From: an uncultured archaeon
Lineage (GTDB): Archaea; Asgardarchaeota; Thorarchaeia; Thorarchaeales; Thorarchaeaceae
Direction of reading: 5' to 3'
Assembly (NCBI GenBank): GCA_964558645.1
Contig: CAZLEV010000001.1
Location: forward strand, 285,568 to 349,567
Length of the DNA stretch: 64,000 nt
A program made the position numbers and the translations under genes. The notes under the pieces are model-generated. The model searched no databases. It was not told the origin of the DNA and saw only the letters and a list, made by a program, of their open reading frames with translations. Positions 9,820 through 20,652 of the stretch are shown here, one piece after another (position 1 is the first letter of the stretch; each line of letters starts with the position of its first letter).

Positions 9820-10811
9820 CAGTCCTCGATCCTCCTTCCGGTAAGCTTCAAGAACACATCGTCTAGGGTCGGTTCTTTCACTTCGAAGTGCTCAACCTTC
9901 AGGCTTTGGTCCTCATGAAGCAAGTTCAGTATTCTGTGTGCAAGATCGTAACCATCTTGTGCAGTGACGACGAGTTCTGAGTATCCGTTCCTGGATGTCT
10001 TTGAAGCCGACATAACTTCTGACATTGCCCTGATCGGCTCGATGTCGGGCACGCCCACTACTCGAATGTGGAGGCTATCGTAGTTCCTCACATCCTCCTT
10101 CAGCTCATGAGGTGTGCCCAGGCTCTTTATTTCTCCCTCGTTAATCAGAGCAATCTTGTCACACAGCATGTCTGCTTCGTGCATATAATGCGTTGTCAGA
10201 AGAATCGTCTTATGGCAGAGCTCTCGCTTGATGTGGTTTCTCAAGTCGGTGGCAAAGGTTGGATCAAGACCTTGCGTCGGTTCATCCAAGAGCAGAACTG
10301 GAGGGTCATGTAGCAGAGCACGAGCAAAGACGATCTTCATGCGCATACCATGACTGAGTGCTTCCGCTTTCTCGTCTGCCTTCTCTAATAGCCCCATCAT
10401 TCCCAGTAGTTCGTCTGCCCGTTCCTTTGCCTCGCTCTTTGTCATGCGGTAGAGCTTCCCAAAGAACACTAAGTTCTCTCTGGCCGAAAGCTTCCAGTAG
10501 ATGCTCCGTTCATTGCCCTGACATACTCCGATGACCGCACGAACGTATTCTGGCTGTTGCAGTATGTCGTAATTCATTATGCGTGCTGTGCCTGAGGTGG
10601 GTAGGACGAGCGTCGCCAGTGTCTTCACTAGTGTAGTCTTGCCTGCTCCATTCGGACCTAGGAGACCGTAGACTCTATTACGCGGAATATCCAATGAGAC
10701 AGACCTGAGCGCATCCACCTCTTTCTTTGAAGTGGGAATTACCACTGCTCTTCTTCTGATTGACACGAATGTCTTCGATAGGTTATCTACTTCTACACTA
10801 AGATTATTCAA
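9819..10811 (-). CDS. ABC transporter ATP-binding protein (DrrA-like)
   Basis: GPNGAGKT, LSHGM, LLLDEPT, TTHYM, EPTLDDVF; start taken as TTG 10811 after GGAGG. Confidence 0.93.
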   Translation of the reverse strand: MNNLSVEVDNLSKTFVSIRRRAVVIPTSKKEVDALRSVSLDIPRNRVYGLLGPNGAGKTTLVKTLATLVLPTSGTARIMNYDILQQPEYVRAVIGVCQGNERSIYWKLSARENLVFFGKLYRMTKSEAKERADELLGMMGLLEKADEKAEALSHGMRMKIVFARALLHDPPVLLLDEPTQGLDPTFATDLRNHIKRELCHKTILLTTHYMHEADMLCDKIALINEGEIKSLGTPHELKEDVRNYDSLHIRVVGVPDIEPIRAMSEVMSASKTSRNGYSELVVTAQDGYDLAHRILNLLHEDQSLKVEHFEVKEPTLDDVFLKLTGRRIED

Positions 10812-11049
10812 TTCGGCATTCCCTCCATGGTGTAATGGAGTTTGACTTTCAAATAACTCAGAACTAACAGGCCCGATCTCGCCCCAGAATAAGACTATTC
10901 CCGGGTATCTCATGCCGGGCCATTTCAGAGAATAATATATTCGTCCGACATGCTGGCCACCATTCTGGTGAGCATTGCAATCTGATATAAGAATTTCCAC
11001 ACACGCGATATATAAGAGATAGTTCATTCTTCATGAGATATGATGTCTC

Positions 11050-11412
11050 ATGGTGAACTACAGACGAGTTGGCATATCGGTTGCGTTTGGTTCGATTCTA
11101 GGAGTACTCTGCATAGTCGGAGTAGGCTCGAGGATTCCAGGTGGCTATCTGGGAAACATGATCTATCTCATTGGTATGTGGTATAATCGATTGATAATGG
11201 GCATGCTCATTGGGTTTGTTGATGATGTTGTGTTGATTGGCGAAAGGGAAGACCTTGGCAATTCGTTAGTTCGGGGTCTCATATTCGGATTCCTTGTATC
11301 AAGTGCCATTTTCCTCTCAACAGAGTTTCGTGATTTGCCAAGTCTCTTTGCTGGATTCGCCTACGGCGTTATTATCGATGCAGTTGCGACCCGGCTGACA
11401 GTAACTGCGTAG
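11050..11412 (+). CDS. Small membrane protein of unknown function
   Basis: 4 Gly-rich TM segments. Confidence 0.7.
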   Translation: MVNYRRVGISVAFGSILGVLCIVGVGSRIPGGYLGNMIYLIGMWYNRLIMGMLIGFVDDVVLIGEREDLGNSLVRGLIFGFLVSSAIFLSTEFRDLPSLFAGFAYGVIIDAVATRLTVTA

Positions 11413-11456
11413 TAGAATCTTCATCTCGCACACGGTACGTATCGATAATGTATTAG

Positions 11457-12383
11457 GTGACCAATCACGACGACACCAGTATCATGCAGTTAGTTCCTGA
11501 AGTGATCATCGGTGCGCTGGCTGGGCTACTTGGTTCAGCTCTCTATGCCGGCTCTGTAGTCATCTATCGCTCTCAGGCTGAGGAGATACCTGCATTAGTT
11601 GTAAGCGCAACAAAGATGTTTGTCGCTCTTCCTTTCATGACTATTCTCATTCTCTTTGGGTTCGGCCCTGCGCTCTTTGCCCTCCCCGCTGAGACTGTGT
11701 TCTTCCTTGCTATGTCCATTATCTTAGGTGCAGTCATCGGTGATACCCTCTATCTGATCAGTCAGGAACGGATAGGTGTATCCTACGCCTTCCCCATTGC
11801 GATGTCTTTTCCTATCTTGACATACTTCTTCGCAATGATTCTACTGGGCGAGTCATTCCTGTTCTTCAGGCTTATTGGGGTCTTCATCTCTGTCGCTGGT
11901 GTGGTCACAATCTCGCGGGAACGTCATACGACTGATGACGATACGATGAAACCATTCGATTTCCTTGGCGTGGGCCTGGCCTTGACTACGGCTGTCCTCT
12001 ACGCAGCTGGGGCAATCATACTACAAGTCGGTGTAGCCGATGCCGACCCAGTCACCACGAACTTTGTCCGTGTGTTGTTCGGTTCCATAGCTTTTGTTCC
12101 GATGCTGGGGGCTGCATTTGGAAAAGGCATGAAACGACCGACAAAAGGTGCGCTGAAGGCGGTCGCAGTGGCCGGTTTCTTTGGCATGGCTATCGGTTCG
12201 CTCCTGTATGTGACATCGGTCAAGTTCGCAGGCGCCACGATTACTTCTGTTGTTGCATCAACCGCTCCGCTCTTTGCTGTTCCCATCTCAGTATTCTATC
12301 TAAAGGAAGAAGTTACAAAGCGAGCTCTCTGGGGTATTGTGATGACAGTACTGGGGGTTGTTCTCGTAGTAACGGGGATGTAA
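11457..12383 (+). CDS. DMT/EamA family transporter
   Basis: Two EamA-like repeats, 10 TM. Confidence 0.9.
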   Translation: MTNHDDTSIMQLVPEVIIGALAGLLGSALYAGSVVIYRSQAEEIPALVVSATKMFVALPFMTILILFGFGPALFALPAETVFFLAMSIILGAVIGDTLYLISQERIGVSYAFPIAMSFPILTYFFAMILLGESFLFFRLIGVFISVAGVVTISRERHTTDDDTMKPFDFLGVGLALTTAVLYAAGAIILQVGVADADPVTTNFVRVLFGSIAFVPMLGAAFGKGMKRPTKGALKAVAVAGFFGMAIGSLLYVTSVKFAGATITSVVASTAPLFAVPISVFYLKEEVTKRALWGIVMTVLGVVLVVTGM

Positions 12384-12432
12384 TGTCTGTGATGCCCGAG
12401 ATGCTCTTCAAAGGATAGTGCCATTCGTTCAT

Positions 12433-15078
12433 CTAGTTAAGAACTGGAATGCGGATGAGGAATCTTGCCCCCTCATCAGGCTTGCCTTCAACCCTGTCCT
12501 CGACCTCTATTCGCCCCTCGTACTTTTCAGCAATCTGATTGGCCTGATGTAGGCCTAATCCGCCAAATCTCCTTGCATTGTTCAGTAGGCTTTCTTTTAC
12601 AGAAGCACTAATACCAGGCCCGTTATCGGCTATGCTAACGACGAACTCCTCGCCTTCTTTCTCTAGGTTGACCCAGACTTTCTTAGAGGGTTTCGGATTA
12701 TGTTCCACAGCGTTGGTCAGGATGTTAGTGATGAGTAGCTCAAGATACCCGTCCGCTAGAATCGGGGCCTCATCGACACTGTATTCTGTCTTGAATTCTA
12801 CATCACTGATTCTGCCAGACAGAGCTCTGATACACTCGGAGAGCGAGTCTTTGAGGTCTCTTTGGGTCAAGGGCATACCCATGAGTTGCTCGGTGGCACG
12901 AACGTCTTCAATCATCCGAGAGCATCTCTGTACCGACTCGCCAATTACCTCTAGCAGAGAGTCCTTAATCTTGTCATCTGTTGCGGTTCTGAGTAACGCT
13001 GCACTACTCATGACTACCTGCATCTGGTTTCGGATGTCGTGGCTCATCAAATCGAGATAGAGATCTGCACGACTCTCAGCTGACCTGATATCTCTCTCAG
13101 CGTCTTTCTTTTCTGTCACATCGACAAGCACAGTCTGGATGGCTGGCTTTCCGTCATATTCTATCTGCCCCGCGAAACTCTCAACCCATCTCATGGAGCC
13201 ATCCTTGTGGATGAGTCGGTATTCGTACCGAGGCACGACCGGTCTTCCCGCTTGTCTGTCTTCGATTCTCTGTTTGAGGACCTCTTGATCATCTGGATGA
13301 AACAGATTCCAGACTTCGTCGAGCTTCATTTCGAGAAGATCTTCAACGGGATAGCCTACCATCTCAGCAAATGCACTGTTGACATAGGCAAGTCCATCAT
13401 CTGTAAGAATTGTCAGTCCCTGCAGGCTATGCTCCGCGAGACTCCTATACTTCTGTTCCGACTTGCGTATGGCTTTATCTTGTTCCCAGCGATCGGTGAC
13501 ATCCTGATATGTACCAAGGATACCAACGACATTGCCCTCATCGTCGTGAAGGGGAACCTTGTTGGTTTCGAGTTTTCTTTCAGAACCGTCTGCAAAATGT
13601 GCAGACTCGATAATTCCAATCTCAGGAGAGTCTGTTTCCATCACTCTCTTGTCGACTTCCCGGAAGAACTCGACCTCCTCCCGAGTCCAAGCAAGGTCAT
13701 GGTCCGTCTTCCCGATAATCTCTTGAGGCGAGGCGACTCCTGCGGCTCTAGCAAAATTCTCGTTGCATCCGAGATATACTCCATTTCGGTCTTTCCAGAA
13801 TACATTCTGTGGAATATTGTCAAGTATGGTCTTGAGCATTTCTTGAGACTCACGAAGCTGACGCTCGGCCTTCTTCCTCTCGGTGACATCTATGACGAGG
13901 ATCTGGGTAGCCGTCCTCCCTTCGTAGTTAATTTGACTGGAGAAGGCCTCAACCCACCGGATCTCTCCATTGGGCCTAACAAATCGATACTGATACGGTG
14001 AGGGGGTCGGTTCACCCCTTTCGCGTTTTTCTGCAAGTTCAAGGATGTATGCCTTGTCTTCAGAGTGAATCATGTCCCATGCTTCTTCCGTGGCCATATT
14101 CATAATGTCTTCTGGAGCCCGTCCTACAATCTCTCCAAAGGCGGGATTCACGTATGCATATCGCTTGTCCTGTATGATTGTGAGACCCTGAAGGCTCTCC
14201 TCAGCCAGGGTTCTGTATTTCTTCTCCGTCTTTCTGAGTTCTCTCTCAGTTTCCTTGAGTTCGGTGATGTCCGTTAGAACTCCAAAGGTGCCCACAAACT
14301 TGTCTTGCTCATCTCGGAGCTCGCGAGGAGTCACCAACATATGGATTGTATCACCGCTCTTAGAGATCATCTTGACCTCGAAGCGTTCGATCTTGCCGGT
14401 TCGGCGGCGGCGAATATACTCTTGAACTTCTTTGTGTTGACTTGGCTCTACGAACTCCAAGATATGATGCCCTATCACTTCCTCCTCTTGATAGCCTAGA
14501 ATCTCATAGAACCGGTCATTCACATATTCGATAACGTATTCTTCATCACCCTGGATTACAGCCTCATTCATGGTATCTATGAGGTGCTTGTATCTCCTCT
14601 CGCTCTCACGTATCATCTTCTGGGCTTTGCGGTATCCTGTGATGTCGGTTATGACTGCGTAGCTGCCATAGTAGTTTCCATCCCAGTCCAAGATTGGAGT
14701 TGCAGACACAATTGTAGGCACTCTCTCGCCAGTCCAGTGAAGCCATGCAAGTTCGTATTGTGAAGAAACACCTCGTCGGCGCTTTTCTTCTATCTCCTTG
14801 ACCTTCTTCCACTCTTCTTCAGGAAGGAATGATTTGAGTGACTTGCCCTTTATATCGCCCGCTGGGTGGCCAATGAGCTCAACAAAGCTCCGGTTGACAT
14901 ATGTGATCTCTTCTTTTTCATCTACCACTACAAAAGCATCGTTCATGAGATCAACAAGATCCTGAAATGGTATTATCCGTCCCCCGACTCTCACTGAGGA
15001 TCTTCCGCTTTCAGCATCTTCGAATCTCTTCTCCAATTTGCTCTCACCTAGAGGGTCCCGTGATTCCTTCTGGCTCAC
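12433..15078 (-). CDS. Multi-PAS (about 5) sensor histidine kinase (cytoplasmic)
   Basis: Repeated PAS/PAC units ending DIT/DVT; H-box SHDIRN; NAVEH; DNGPG; GLGL. Confidence 0.92.
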   Translation of the reverse strand: MSQKESRDPLGESKLEKRFEDAESGRSSVRVGGRIIPFQDLVDLMNDAFVVVDEKEEITYVNRSFVELIGHPAGDIKGKSLKSFLPEEEWKKVKEIEEKRRRGVSSQYELAWLHWTGERVPTIVSATPILDWDGNYYGSYAVITDITGYRKAQKMIRESERRYKHLIDTMNEAVIQGDEEYVIEYVNDRFYEILGYQEEEVIGHHILEFVEPSQHKEVQEYIRRRRTGKIERFEVKMISKSGDTIHMLVTPRELRDEQDKFVGTFGVLTDITELKETERELRKTEKKYRTLAEESLQGLTIIQDKRYAYVNPAFGEIVGRAPEDIMNMATEEAWDMIHSEDKAYILELAEKRERGEPTPSPYQYRFVRPNGEIRWVEAFSSQINYEGRTATQILVIDVTERKKAERQLRESQEMLKTILDNIPQNVFWKDRNGVYLGCNENFARAAGVASPQEIIGKTDHDLAWTREEVEFFREVDKRVMETDSPEIGIIESAHFADGSERKLETNKVPLHDDEGNVVGILGTYQDVTDRWEQDKAIRKSEQKYRSLAEHSLQGLTILTDDGLAYVNSAFAEMVGYPVEDLLEMKLDEVWNLFHPDDQEVLKQRIEDRQAGRPVVPRYEYRLIHKDGSMRWVESFAGQIEYDGKPAIQTVLVDVTEKKDAERDIRSAESRADLYLDLMSHDIRNQMQVVMSSAALLRTATDDKIKDSLLEVIGESVQRCSRMIEDVRATEQLMGMPLTQRDLKDSLSECIRALSGRISDVEFKTEYSVDEAPILADGYLELLITNILTNAVEHNPKPSKKVWVNLEKEGEEFVVSIADNGPGISASVKESLLNNARRFGGLGLHQANQIAEKYEGRIEVEDRVEGKPDEGARFLIRIPVLN

Positions 15079-15246
15079 AGTCTGTATGAGAGATAGGTGG
15101 AAGAATGCCTTATTTTCACTTGTGGTTATGTCCCGGTTGGGGCACGTTTCATCGGAGTGACTCTTTGACTCTCAGCCCCGAAGACCCACAATCTTTTCAG
15201 TCTCTTTTCCTTCACTCCTTTTCGAGTATTCTGGGAGTCGATGTGA

Positions 15247-16785
15247 TTGGAAGACAAGGACTGGTCATGGGTCGGCAATCTGTGCGGGCGGCGTTCGCAG
15301 TTAACTCCCGAGAGAGAAGCAGTTTATGACAATATTACTAAGAAGCGACATACCTTTGCAGAGCTCGACGAGAGGGCTAACCGACTCTCTCATGTGATTC
15401 AAGAGCGCGGAGTCTCAAAAGGTGACCGCGTGGCTTTGTATTCGAAGAACCGTCTGGAGATGCTTGACTTCTTCTTTGCCTGCGGGAAGATTGGAGCCAT
15501 TATGGTCCCATTCAACGTACGCTTGGCAAGACGAGAGGTCGACTATCTGATTGACAAGACTGACCCAACGATGGTAGTTTATGATCCTGATTTGGGGGAG
15601 CATTTCAACAAAATACGCCCTGGATTCGGTAAGCGCAATGTGCTGGTGATGGGTGATACCGCCATCGACGATGACTTATCTACAGAGGAGCTTATGATGG
15701 AAGCGTCAGCTGATGCTATTGACCGTCCAAAGGTCCTCTTTGAGGATCCTCATCTCATCGTCTTCACTGGGGGCACTACAGGTCTCCCGAAGGGAGCAGT
15801 CTTATCTCATAGAGGAATCTTCTGGAACTCGGTCAACACCATAGTCTCTTGGGGGCTGCGGCCCGACGACGTTCAACCACTATTGTTTCCGTTGTTTCAT
15901 ACTGGTGGATGGAATGTGCTGCTCGTACCGTTCTATCATCTGGGAGCGAAGACAGTACTCATGGGGGACTTCGATCCATCTGAGACTCTACAGATAATCG
16001 AGCAGGAGAAGTGCACCATCGTTATAGGAGTGCCTACCATGTTTCAGATGATTGCTCAAGACGACATGTTTGAGTCCACAGATTTTGATACTGTAAGGGT
16101 CTTTATCAGCGGAGGGGCTCCCTGTCCGATTGCCATCATGGAGAACTACTGGAATCGGGGCAAGCCTTTCAAGATGGGATACGGTCTCACTGAATGTGGT
16201 CCGAATAATTTCTATCTGCCAATCCCTGACATCAAACGCAAGCCGAACTCAGTAGGGTATCCAGTCATCCACTGCGACATGAGAATAGTTGATGACAAGG
16301 GTAGGGACGTTTCGCAGGGCGATGTTGGAGAGCTGCTTCTCAAAGGTCCCCATGTCTTCAACGGCTATTGGGATGATCCTGAAGAGACTGACGAGGTCTT
16401 AGAATCTGACGGATGGCTCCACACGGGTGATCTTGCTCAGATGGATGACGAGGGATTCTACTACATAGTGGGACGCAAGAAAGACATGTTCATATCAGGC
16501 GGAGAGAATGTCTTTCCAACTGAGATAGAAGAGCTATTGTACAAGCATCCTGCAATCCTCGAAGCCGCTGTGATTGGAGTACCAGATGACAAATGGGGTG
16601 AGGTTGGGAAGGCATTCGTTTCATTGAAGAAGGGCCACGAACTGACTGAAGACGCCATTCATGGATTCTTAGATGGCAAGCTTGCGCGATACAAGATACC
16701 CAAGTACTATGAGATTCGAGAGAGTCTACCTAAGAGCGGAGCAGGCAAGATACTGAAGCGCGAACTGAAGGAGGAGCAAAGATGA
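15247..16785 (+). CDS. Acyl-CoA synthetase / AMP-binding ligase
   Basis: FTGGTTGLPKG, GYGLTE, GWLHTGD, GKI; TTG start. Confidence 0.93.
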   Translation: MEDKDWSWVGNLCGRRSQLTPEREAVYDNITKKRHTFAELDERANRLSHVIQERGVSKGDRVALYSKNRLEMLDFFFACGKIGAIMVPFNVRLARREVDYLIDKTDPTMVVYDPDLGEHFNKIRPGFGKRNVLVMGDTAIDDDLSTEELMMEASADAIDRPKVLFEDPHLIVFTGGTTGLPKGAVLSHRGIFWNSVNTIVSWGLRPDDVQPLLFPLFHTGGWNVLLVPFYHLGAKTVLMGDFDPSETLQIIEQEKCTIVIGVPTMFQMIAQDDMFESTDFDTVRVFISGGAPCPIAIMENYWNRGKPFKMGYGLTECGPNNFYLPIPDIKRKPNSVGYPVIHCDMRIVDDKGRDVSQGDVGELLLKGPHVFNGYWDDPEETDEVLESDGWLHTGDLAQMDDEGFYYIVGRKKDMFISGGENVFPTEIEELLYKHPAILEAAVIGVPDDKWGEVGKAFVSLKKGHELTEDAIHGFLDGKLARYKIPKYYEIRESLPKSGAGKILKRELKEEQR

Positions 16786-17801
16786 GAATAGGCATCGAGG
16801 CAATAGGGGTCTACATCCCACCTGAGCGTCATACGGCAGAGTATATCTCTGAGCAGTCAGGAACGCCACTGGAGGTCATGAGGACTAAGATTGGCTTGAA
16901 GAGCAAGGCCGTTCCGGGACCGGGCGACCACACAGTTGCAATGGGAGTAAAGGCTTCCAAGATTGCAATAGAGCGGGCAGGCATAGACCCGGCCGAAGAC
17001 ATCGATCTTGTGATCTGGGCGGGGGAGGTCTATGCAGAACACCCCATGCAGACTTATGGAATCAAACTTCAAAACGACGTCGGAGCCGCCAGAGCTTGGG
17101 CATTCGACATCAACCAGCGCTGCGGAACTGTTGTAGTTGGAATGATTCTGGCGAAGTCGCTGATTGAAACTCAGGGATATGAGCGGGTCCTCATCGCGAG
17201 TGGCTACAGAAACTGCGACCTCATAGACTACTCCAACATCCGTACACGCTTCATGCATGATCTTGCTGCGAGTGGTGTTGCGATGATTCTCAAGGCCAAC
17301 CATTCTAGTAACGTGGTTTTGGAGGGGTCCGTTATCTCTGACGGCCGCTTCTCGGAATACGTCTATGTTCCTGCAGGAGGGACAGTCATGCCGATGACAT
17401 GTGAAGCGCTCGAGAAGCGGTTGCAGTATTTGGATGTGACAGATCCAGAAGCCCTGAAAGAGGGCCTAGATGCCCTATCCATGGAGAACTTTCTCAAGGT
17501 AGTTGACGACTCGCTAGAGAAGAGTGGATACAGACGCGAAGATATAGACTATCTTGGACTCATACGCATGAAGCGCAGCGCTTTCGAGTATGTAGCCAAG
17601 GAGCTAGGCGTCGACCCATACAAGCAGAGTTCGTATTTTGACGAGTACGGTCACATGGGACAGAACGACGCGATTGTTTCTATCGAGGATGGGTTACGAG
17701 ATGGAAAGATCAAAGAGGGCGACCTTGTTGTTCTTACAGCTGCAGGAATCGGCTGGGCTTGGAACGCTATCACTGTGAAATGGGGTCCTTGGGAGGAGTG
17801 A
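16782..17801 (+). CDS. 3-oxoacyl-ACP synthase III (FabH/thiolase-fold)-like protein
   Basis: FDINQRCG catalytic Cys, YGHMG, AAGIGW; ATGA overlap with the ligase. Confidence 0.88.
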   Translation: MRIGIEAIGVYIPPERHTAEYISEQSGTPLEVMRTKIGLKSKAVPGPGDHTVAMGVKASKIAIERAGIDPAEDIDLVIWAGEVYAEHPMQTYGIKLQNDVGAARAWAFDINQRCGTVVVGMILAKSLIETQGYERVLIASGYRNCDLIDYSNIRTRFMHDLAASGVAMILKANHSSNVVLEGSVISDGRFSEYVYVPAGGTVMPMTCEALEKRLQYLDVTDPEALKEGLDALSMENFLKVVDDSLEKSGYRREDIDYLGLIRMKRSAFEYVAKELGVDPYKQSSYFDEYGHMGQNDAIVSIEDGLRDGKIKEGDLVVLTAAGIGWAWNAITVKWGPWEE

Positions 17802-17806
17802 AGAAG

Positions 17807-18238
17807 ATGAACGATATTGAGATGACTAAGTATGAAGACTTGAAGATTGGGGATTCAGCCAGCATCACACATACAATCACCGAGGATGATATCGAGACCT
17901 TTGGTGATCTGAGCGGCGATTACAATCCGCTGCACTTCAATGAGGAATGGGCCAAGACGACCATGTTCAAGGGACGTATAGCTCATGGTATCCTGACTGC
18001 AGCGTATATCAGTGCAGTCATTGGCATGAAGCTCCCTGGTCCTGGCACAATATACCTGTCGCAGTCTATGAGATTTAGACGCCCGGTTCGGATTGGAGAT
18101 ACTATCAAAGCAACCGTTGACGTGAAGGAGAAGGATGACGAGAAGGAACGCATCACTCTGGGAACCATTGTCACGAATCAAGATGGCGAAACTGTGCTTC
18201 AGGGCGAAGCACTCATCATGCTGATGAAACACGAGTAG
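17807..18238 (+). CDS. MaoC/PhaJ (R)-specific enoyl-CoA hydratase
   Basis: SGDYNPLH hydratase motif, RIAHG, LPGPG. Confidence 0.92.
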   Translation: MNDIEMTKYEDLKIGDSASITHTITEDDIETFGDLSGDYNPLHFNEEWAKTTMFKGRIAHGILTAAYISAVIGMKLPGPGTIYLSQSMRFRRPVRIGDTIKATVDVKEKDDEKERITLGTIVTNQDGETVLQGEALIMLMKHE

Positions 18239-18411
18239 TTCAAACCATTGTCGAGTCCCCCGAACTCTGCGGCTGTCTATAGACGCCATCTATGAAACAT
18301 CGCGAGTGCCTGAATAGCTTCTGCGATGGCCTTTCCAAAGATTGATAGAGTTTGTTACCTGAATGCACTTAAGCACCAAAGACTATTGGCTGAAGCTGGA
18401 GAGAGCGTCTG

Positions 18412-19311
18412 ATGTCTGATACAGCGGAGCTTCCGGTGATACAAATCCGAATACGAATCCAGAAACCTGTTCAAGAGGTATGGGAGCTCTTCATGGACCC
18501 CATCATCATGCTTCAGTGGCTGGGGAATGAGATTAGCTCTGATTTCAATGAGGGTGGAGGAATCACCTTTCTGGGGAAGAATGCACCAACCACGCCTGAA
18601 ATCGGTAATCGCTGGAATATTAAGAGGATACGTGAAGACAAGGTGGTTCTCCTTACATGGGAGATTTTTGGCCAAGAAACATTGTGTGTGATACGATTCC
18701 GAGAGATTGGACCGGGAACGGTGATGGAGGTCAAACACGGACCGATGCCAGCCGCAGCAAGGTCCTATCATCTTCCTGAACATTGGACGTTGCTGCTGGC
18801 AAATTTCAAGGCTGTGCTAGAACTCGGAGGTCCCGCTCTGAGGTTCGATTACTCCAAGTATCACCCGACGAGAGTTACACACTACGACTTGAAGGATGTT
18901 CGACTCAGTGTCCTCATTCGCGCTCCTCCTTCGTTGCCTTTCGATGTCTGGACCAATCCCGAGAAGCTCAAGCACTTCATCCGAGCTGAGAATCCTGTTG
19001 TAGATGACCAATATGGTGGTCTCTACACCTGGTGGGCTGAAGGCATGGGGCCAGTGGTTTTTACCAAGATGGAACCCGAGAGCGAGATCGAGTTCTCCTG
19101 GGTCTATCAAGATGAGCCTGAAACCCGTGTGAACGTTCGTTTTGAGCCTGTTGATGACGACACGCTCGTTGCCCTGCATCATTACGGATTTCACAGACCA
19201 GAAGATGTTGTGGGCTACCGGATCGGCTGGGCCTCGATTCTCGCCGAGCTTAAACTAGTATGCGAACTGGGCGAATCAGGAATCGAGAGGATAAGCGACT
19301 GGGAAGTGTGA
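18412..19311 (+). CDS. Tandem SRPBCC/AHSA1 domain protein
   Basis: Two repeats of VW..TxP..L..W and a C-terminal W...L..LK helix. Confidence 0.85.
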   Translation: MSDTAELPVIQIRIRIQKPVQEVWELFMDPIIMLQWLGNEISSDFNEGGGITFLGKNAPTTPEIGNRWNIKRIREDKVVLLTWEIFGQETLCVIRFREIGPGTVMEVKHGPMPAAARSYHLPEHWTLLLANFKAVLELGGPALRFDYSKYHPTRVTHYDLKDVRLSVLIRAPPSLPFDVWTNPEKLKHFIRAENPVVDDQYGGLYTWWAEGMGPVVFTKMEPESEIEFSWVYQDEPETRVNVRFEPVDDDTLVALHHYGFHRPEDVVGYRIGWASILAELKLVCELGESGIERISDWEV

Positions 19312-19335
19312 ATCAGCTCAAGGCACTATGGCTGG

Positions 19336-20088
19336 TCAGGCAAAAACAGGGAACAACCCAACAAGAGGCATGGTTGGGAAGAGGAGTACCCATATCATGA
19401 ATGAAGTCACGAGTGGGAGAAAGAAGTTGTCCAGCCACCCAGTGGAAAGGAGCTCGGTCAGAGAAATAGCAACAGACACCAAAGCAATCTGAGGAAGAAG
19501 GCACGGTATACAGCAGTCTGAGTAGATCAGTAGCGATGTCGAGGTTGATACTATTGCGAACAGGAACACCGCGATTGACCCCTCTACTGACTTGTTTCTG
19601 AAGCCGACGCCGACATACTCCCGCCCGATGTTCCGGCCAACCACCTCGCCAGATGCATCAGCCCAAGAAACAGCTAGGATGGCAGCGACGAAGATCTCTG
19701 GTCTTGGAAGAAACAGGACAAAAGAAATGGCGAAGGACAAAAGGCCCATGAATCCCGATGCAAAGGTATTCTTGTTCGATTCTCCTGGCCGACTCCCTGC
19801 AAGAAGGAGGTCGAAGAGGAGAGAGCTCTTATGGGCCCAGAGGTAGAAGAGCACTGTGAGGAATATGCCAGTTGCCAGTGCGGGGCCGCTCAAGTTGGAG
19901 TAGCCTACCACGGTGAGGCCGATGACAGTTCCCATGCTGACATGCACCAGTTTGCGGGGTTTCCATCTCTCAACCCCCTTCTCAGACAATTTGTACGCCA
20001 CGACCAATACTATGGTCCCTGCTATGCCCGTCAGGATGGCCATTGTAACATCTAGTGTTGTCAGCTCCCCAAAGTACAGGTCAACCAT
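19336..20088 (-). CDS. CTP-dependent isoprenoid-alcohol kinase (phytol/farnesol/dolichol kinase-like)
   Basis: RKLVH, WADASGEVVG, KSVEGS, DN motifs; multi-TM. Confidence 0.82.
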   Translation of the reverse strand: MVDLYFGELTTLDVTMAILTGIAGTIVLVVAYKLSEKGVERWKPRKLVHVSMGTVIGLTVVGYSNLSGPALATGIFLTVLFYLWAHKSSLLFDLLLAGSRPGESNKNTFASGFMGLLSFAISFVLFLPRPEIFVAAILAVSWADASGEVVGRNIGREYVGVGFRNKSVEGSIAVFLFAIVSTSTSLLIYSDCCIPCLLPQIALVSVAISLTELLSTGWLDNFFLPLVTSFMIWVLLFPTMPLVGLFPVFA

Positions 20089-20180
20089 AGCATATCATGC
20101 ACACTCATGCAGGTCTGCCTTTTGTCTATTGCTGTGCTGAATGACTTGGAGAAAGATATCTTCGATTATTGAGGGATTGC

Positions 20181-20600
20181 TCAAGCCTCCTCTAGTCCAA
20201 GAAGCGCGGCCTGACGTGACAGACCCCAGACCCCCTTAACGAGCCGGGTCATGTTTTCTTCTGTCTGTTTGATGATATGTTCTCTCTCAACACTTCTAAC
20301 CTGAGATGTGTGATTGATGACCTTCTTAAGAGGCGCGCTTGGAGGAACTTCGGGGGGCATCATAGGTGCAGGAGAAGACATGGCCTCATGAGAACTTCGG
20401 TCACGAAAAGTCAAGCGGCGGAAATCTTGTTCATTGGGCGGTTCAAGGTGCGGGGGTTCGCTGGCATCATAACCGGGCTGGAGAATTTGGACCATGAGGG
20501 CATCTTCAGGCTGGGAAGAGAGGGAGTACACCTGTCCCAGCTGAATTCCGAGCACACCTGTTACGTCGGTTGAATCATGATGCTGTTTCCCCCAGTACAT
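20181..20600 (-). CDS. Hypothetical protein (Pro-rich middle)
   Basis: 139-aa ATG ORF that fills the gap; no recognisable motif. Confidence 0.5.
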   Translation of the reverse strand: MYWGKQHHDSTDVTGVLGIQLGQVYSLSSQPEDALMVQILQPGYDASEPPHLEPPNEQDFRRLTFRDRSSHEAMSSPAPMMPPEVPPSAPLKKVINHTSQVRSVEREHIIKQTEENMTRLVKGVWGLSRQAALLGLEEA

Positions 20601-20652
20601 TTATGAACTCGCCAGATCTCTCCCTTCGCATTAGGAATCGGAGCAGTAACCT

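Noticed and set aside
13207-14001. Long antisense ORFs (e.g. 13207-14001, 45520-46263, 7057-7668, 8123-8698)
   Set aside because: They lie opposite well-supported genes and show no motifs.
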